In this document: one piece after another, positions 17,945 through 20,036 of the stretch
Layout of the letters: each line of letters begins with the position of its first letter
How positions within the stretch are numbered: position 1 is the stretch's first letter
DNA from: Verrucomicrobiota bacterium
GTDB taxonomy: Bacteria; Verrucomicrobiota; Verrucomicrobiia; Opitutales; Coraliomargaritaceae
Direction: 5' to 3'
Assembly: GCA_039815375.1 (NCBI GenBank)
Contig: JBCBZJ010000039.1
Span: 1 to 20,036 of the forward strand
Length of the DNA: 20,036 bases
Notes under the pieces: model-generated
What the model was told of the DNA's origin: nothing
Database searches by the model: none
The model's input: only the letters and a program-made list of their open reading frames with translations
Translations under genes and position numbers: made by a program

Positions 17945-19348
17945 TTAAGCGCGGCCACTTGAGAGCTGCTTGATAAGGTAATCAACCCCACGCTTTACGG
18001 TGCCATCCTGCTCCATCATATTCTCTACCTGCTTGCAGGCATGGATGACAGTGCCGTGGTCGCGCCCGCCAAAAGCGTCACCAATCGATTTGAGCGGATC
18101 ACCGGTCAATGTGCGACTGATATACATGGCCACCTGACGCGGAAAAACAATGCCGCTGGTGCGACGGCGACCGACAAGCTCACTTAGACGAATTTGATAA
18201 TAATCAGCTACCTTGTTCTGAATTTGCTCCACGGTGACCTTACTGGCAGCCTCTTCCTGAAGCAGATCGCCCAAGAGGCGCTCAACCGAGTCGAGGTCGA
18301 TCTTTCGGTCAATCAAGGTGCCATAGCCGGCAATGCGGGTGAGTGCACCTTCCATACGACGAACATTGCGGGAAACACGTTCGGCGAGAAAATCCATAAT
18401 CTCGTCGTCGAGCTCTACCTTCATGGCAGCGGCCTTTTTACGAAGGATCGCGACACGTGTCTCGTAATCCGGCGCCTGAATATCAGTCACAAGGCCCCAT
18501 TGAAAACGCGAGACGAGACGATTCTCAAGTTTTTCGATCTCATTGGCCGGACGATCGCTGGCGAGGAAGATTTGGCGACCAGACTCGAAGAGGTCGTTGA
18601 AAGTGTGGAAAAACTCTTCCTGCGTGCTCTCTTTTCCAGAGAGGAAGTGGATATCATCCACTAAAAGTGCATCAACGTTGCGGTAATATTTGCGGAACTT
18701 AGCGAGCTTGTTCTCACGAATCGCATGGATAAATTCGTTGGTAAACTTTTCGGTAGAAACGTAGGCGATGCGAGATGACGGATTGTTCAGAAGCATCTGA
18801 TGGGCAACCGCATGCATGAGGTGAGTTTTACCCAGACCGGTCTCACCAAAAACGAAAAGCGGGTTGTAGGCGCGGCCTGGTGCGTTCGCCACGGCAATGG
18901 AGGCCGCGTGTGCAAGCTGGTTTCCGGAACCAACAACAAAGTTCTCGAATGTATTGCTCGGGTTAAGAAGGGATCGGTGCGTTTTGACTGACTCCTTTGC
19001 TGCAGCGCCCCGATCGCTCTGCCTTGAAGCAGTATCGACACGGTTCTTGGACGAACTCTCACCTTCTCGATCACTTTCGGTTGGTAATTTGCGCTCCATC
19101 ACCTCGATGGAGACCTCTACCGAGGAACCGGCAAACCCTCGTGCCTGCTGAATAATGACATCGAGAAAATTGTTCTCGATCCAGATTGCATTAAACTCAG
19201 ATGCGGCTTCCAGAACGATCTTTGAATCACTTTCGTGCGAGCACACGAGATCGCTGAACCACATATCGTAGATGTCTGCCGGAAAGAGGCTTTTGAGTTG
19301 TTGATTAGTGCTTTCCCAAAGAGTTAAAGCGGACGGTTCTGTGGGCAT
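17945..19348 (-). CDS. dnaA: Chromosomal replication initiator DnaA
   Basis: [48 protein letters not shown] and domain [14 protein letters not shown]. Confidence 0.98.
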   Translation of the reverse strand: MPTEPSALTLWESTNQQLKSLFPADIYDMWFSDLVCSHESDSKIVLEAASEFNAIWIENNFLDVIIQQARGFAGSSVEVSIEVMERKLPTESDREGESSSKNRVDTASRQSDRGAAAKESVKTHRSLLNPSNTFENFVVGSGNQLAHAASIAVANAPGRAYNPLFVFGETGLGKTHLMHAVAHQMLLNNPSSRIAYVSTEKFTNEFIHAIRENKLAKFRKYYRNVDALLVDDIHFLSGKESTQEEFFHTFNDLFESGRQIFLASDRPANEIEKLENRLVSRFQWGLVTDIQAPDYETRVAILRKKAAAMKVELDDEIMDFLAERVSRNVRRMEGALTRIAGYGTLIDRKIDLDSVERLLGDLLQEEAASKVTVEQIQNKVADYYQIRLSELVGRRRTSGIVFPRQVAMYISRTLTGDPLKSIGDAFGGRDHGTVIHACKQVENMMEQDGTVKRGVDYLIKQLSSGRA

Positions 19349-19800
19349 GGAAATAGTCTAAATCTAAAAATTATTCACACTGGCGCGTCATCGATATGTA
19401 ACACTGGCGAGACGCTGAATTTAAAAATATCTGGAAAAGAAGCCTTCTGGGGGTCGCTTGTTGAGCTTCGCATGTGGAGCAGTTCTAATGAGTTTCTTTA
19501 ACTACTGTATTTCAATGGTTTAGGGGATTTCTATTCTGTTTGTTTTTGTTTTAAAGGAATTGTAAAGTGTTGAAAATCAAGCTCATAAGTCGAGTTGAAA
19601 TCAGTATTTATAAATAGAAAGTGATAGCGCAATGTGCTTGGCAAGGCCAACTTCTACACAAGTTATTCACATTCTCTAAGCCAATAACTTTTACGTAAGA
19701 TGTAGCATGGTTATCACAACCGTGTGACAGTTTTGTTACCCCCTGAAAAAGCGTGGTTTCCAACTCTGCAAGGGTGCTTTTTTTGACTCATTTTAATAAC
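19349..19800. promoter_or_regulatory. dnaA upstream region with DnaA boxes; candidate oriC or autoregulatory region
   Basis: TTATTCACA at 19371-19379 and 19663-19671, TTCTACACA at 19652-19660, and TGTTGAAAA at 19568-19576. AT-rich stretch ~19490-19620. Confidence 0.65.
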
Positions 19801-19801
19801 G

Positions 19802-19825
19802 TCTGCTTTAAAATGACAAAGCAGA
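19802..19825 (-). terminator. Possible terminator hairpin
   Basis: TCTGCTTT-N8-AAAGCAGA, just downstream of the minus-strand stop at 19849. The U-tract is weak. Confidence 0.4.
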
Positions 19826-19848
19826 TGCTTCGTAAAAAAAATTTAGTC

Positions 19849-20034
19849 CTACTTTTTCGACATGTGGGCGATGAGACGTTCGTTAAATTCGGTCGCAGAG
19901 TCATGGCCAATACGTTTTGCATCTCGATAATTTTCGGGTGGGGATTCTCCTTGATGTTCTTTTTCGTATTCCGAAATGGTATAAGCATCATAGCCTCCAG
20001 TTGAAGGGTTTGCTGGAAGTCTATCATCCCCTTG
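19849..20034 (-). CDS. C-terminal part of an unknown protein (partial, runs off the right edge)
   Basis: The open frame reads QGDDRLPANPSTGGYDAYTISEYEKEHQGESPPENYRDAKRIGHDSATEFNERLIAHMSKK* and is followed by a hairpin. Not in the ORF track. Confidence 0.55.
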   Translation of the reverse strand, partial: QGDDRLPANPSTGGYDAYTISEYEKEHQGESPPENYRDAKRIGHDSATEFNERLIAHMSKK

Positions 20035-20036
20035 GA

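Noticed and set aside
19753..20027. ORF-track calls 19753-20004 (+) and 19788-20027 (-)
   Set aside because: Both overlap the hairpin and have odd composition. The third minus frame ending at 19849 looks more protein-like.

Overview
Bacterial chromosomal window near the replication origin, probably from Verrucomicrobiota (Opitutia-like). The taxonomy is inferred from protein character only. From left to right it contains: the 3' end of a tyrosine integrase with att-like arm and IHF sites; two 118-bp tandem units that duplicate the promoter region and 5' end of a tRNA-Leu(TAG); the tRNA itself; and a cluster of DnaA boxes plus an IHF site. Next comes a ~1.05-kb stretch with no credible ORF that is densely base-paired, has an rrn-like boxB/boxA leader and ends in its own terminator, i.e. 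a candidate very large ncRNA and the most notable item. The rest is a GH13_18 glucosylglycerate-phosphorylase-like gene with an MggS-like GT4, xerD, argA, a PPTase, a ppk2 / degenerate M20 peptidase / gpgS / mggA-like / mggB-like operon (mannosylglucosylglycerate-type compatible solute), a three-gene lipoprotein islet, rplU-rpmA, two hypotheticals, and dnaA with an AT-rich, DnaA-box-containing upstream region. All calls were made by eye, with no searches or folding run.
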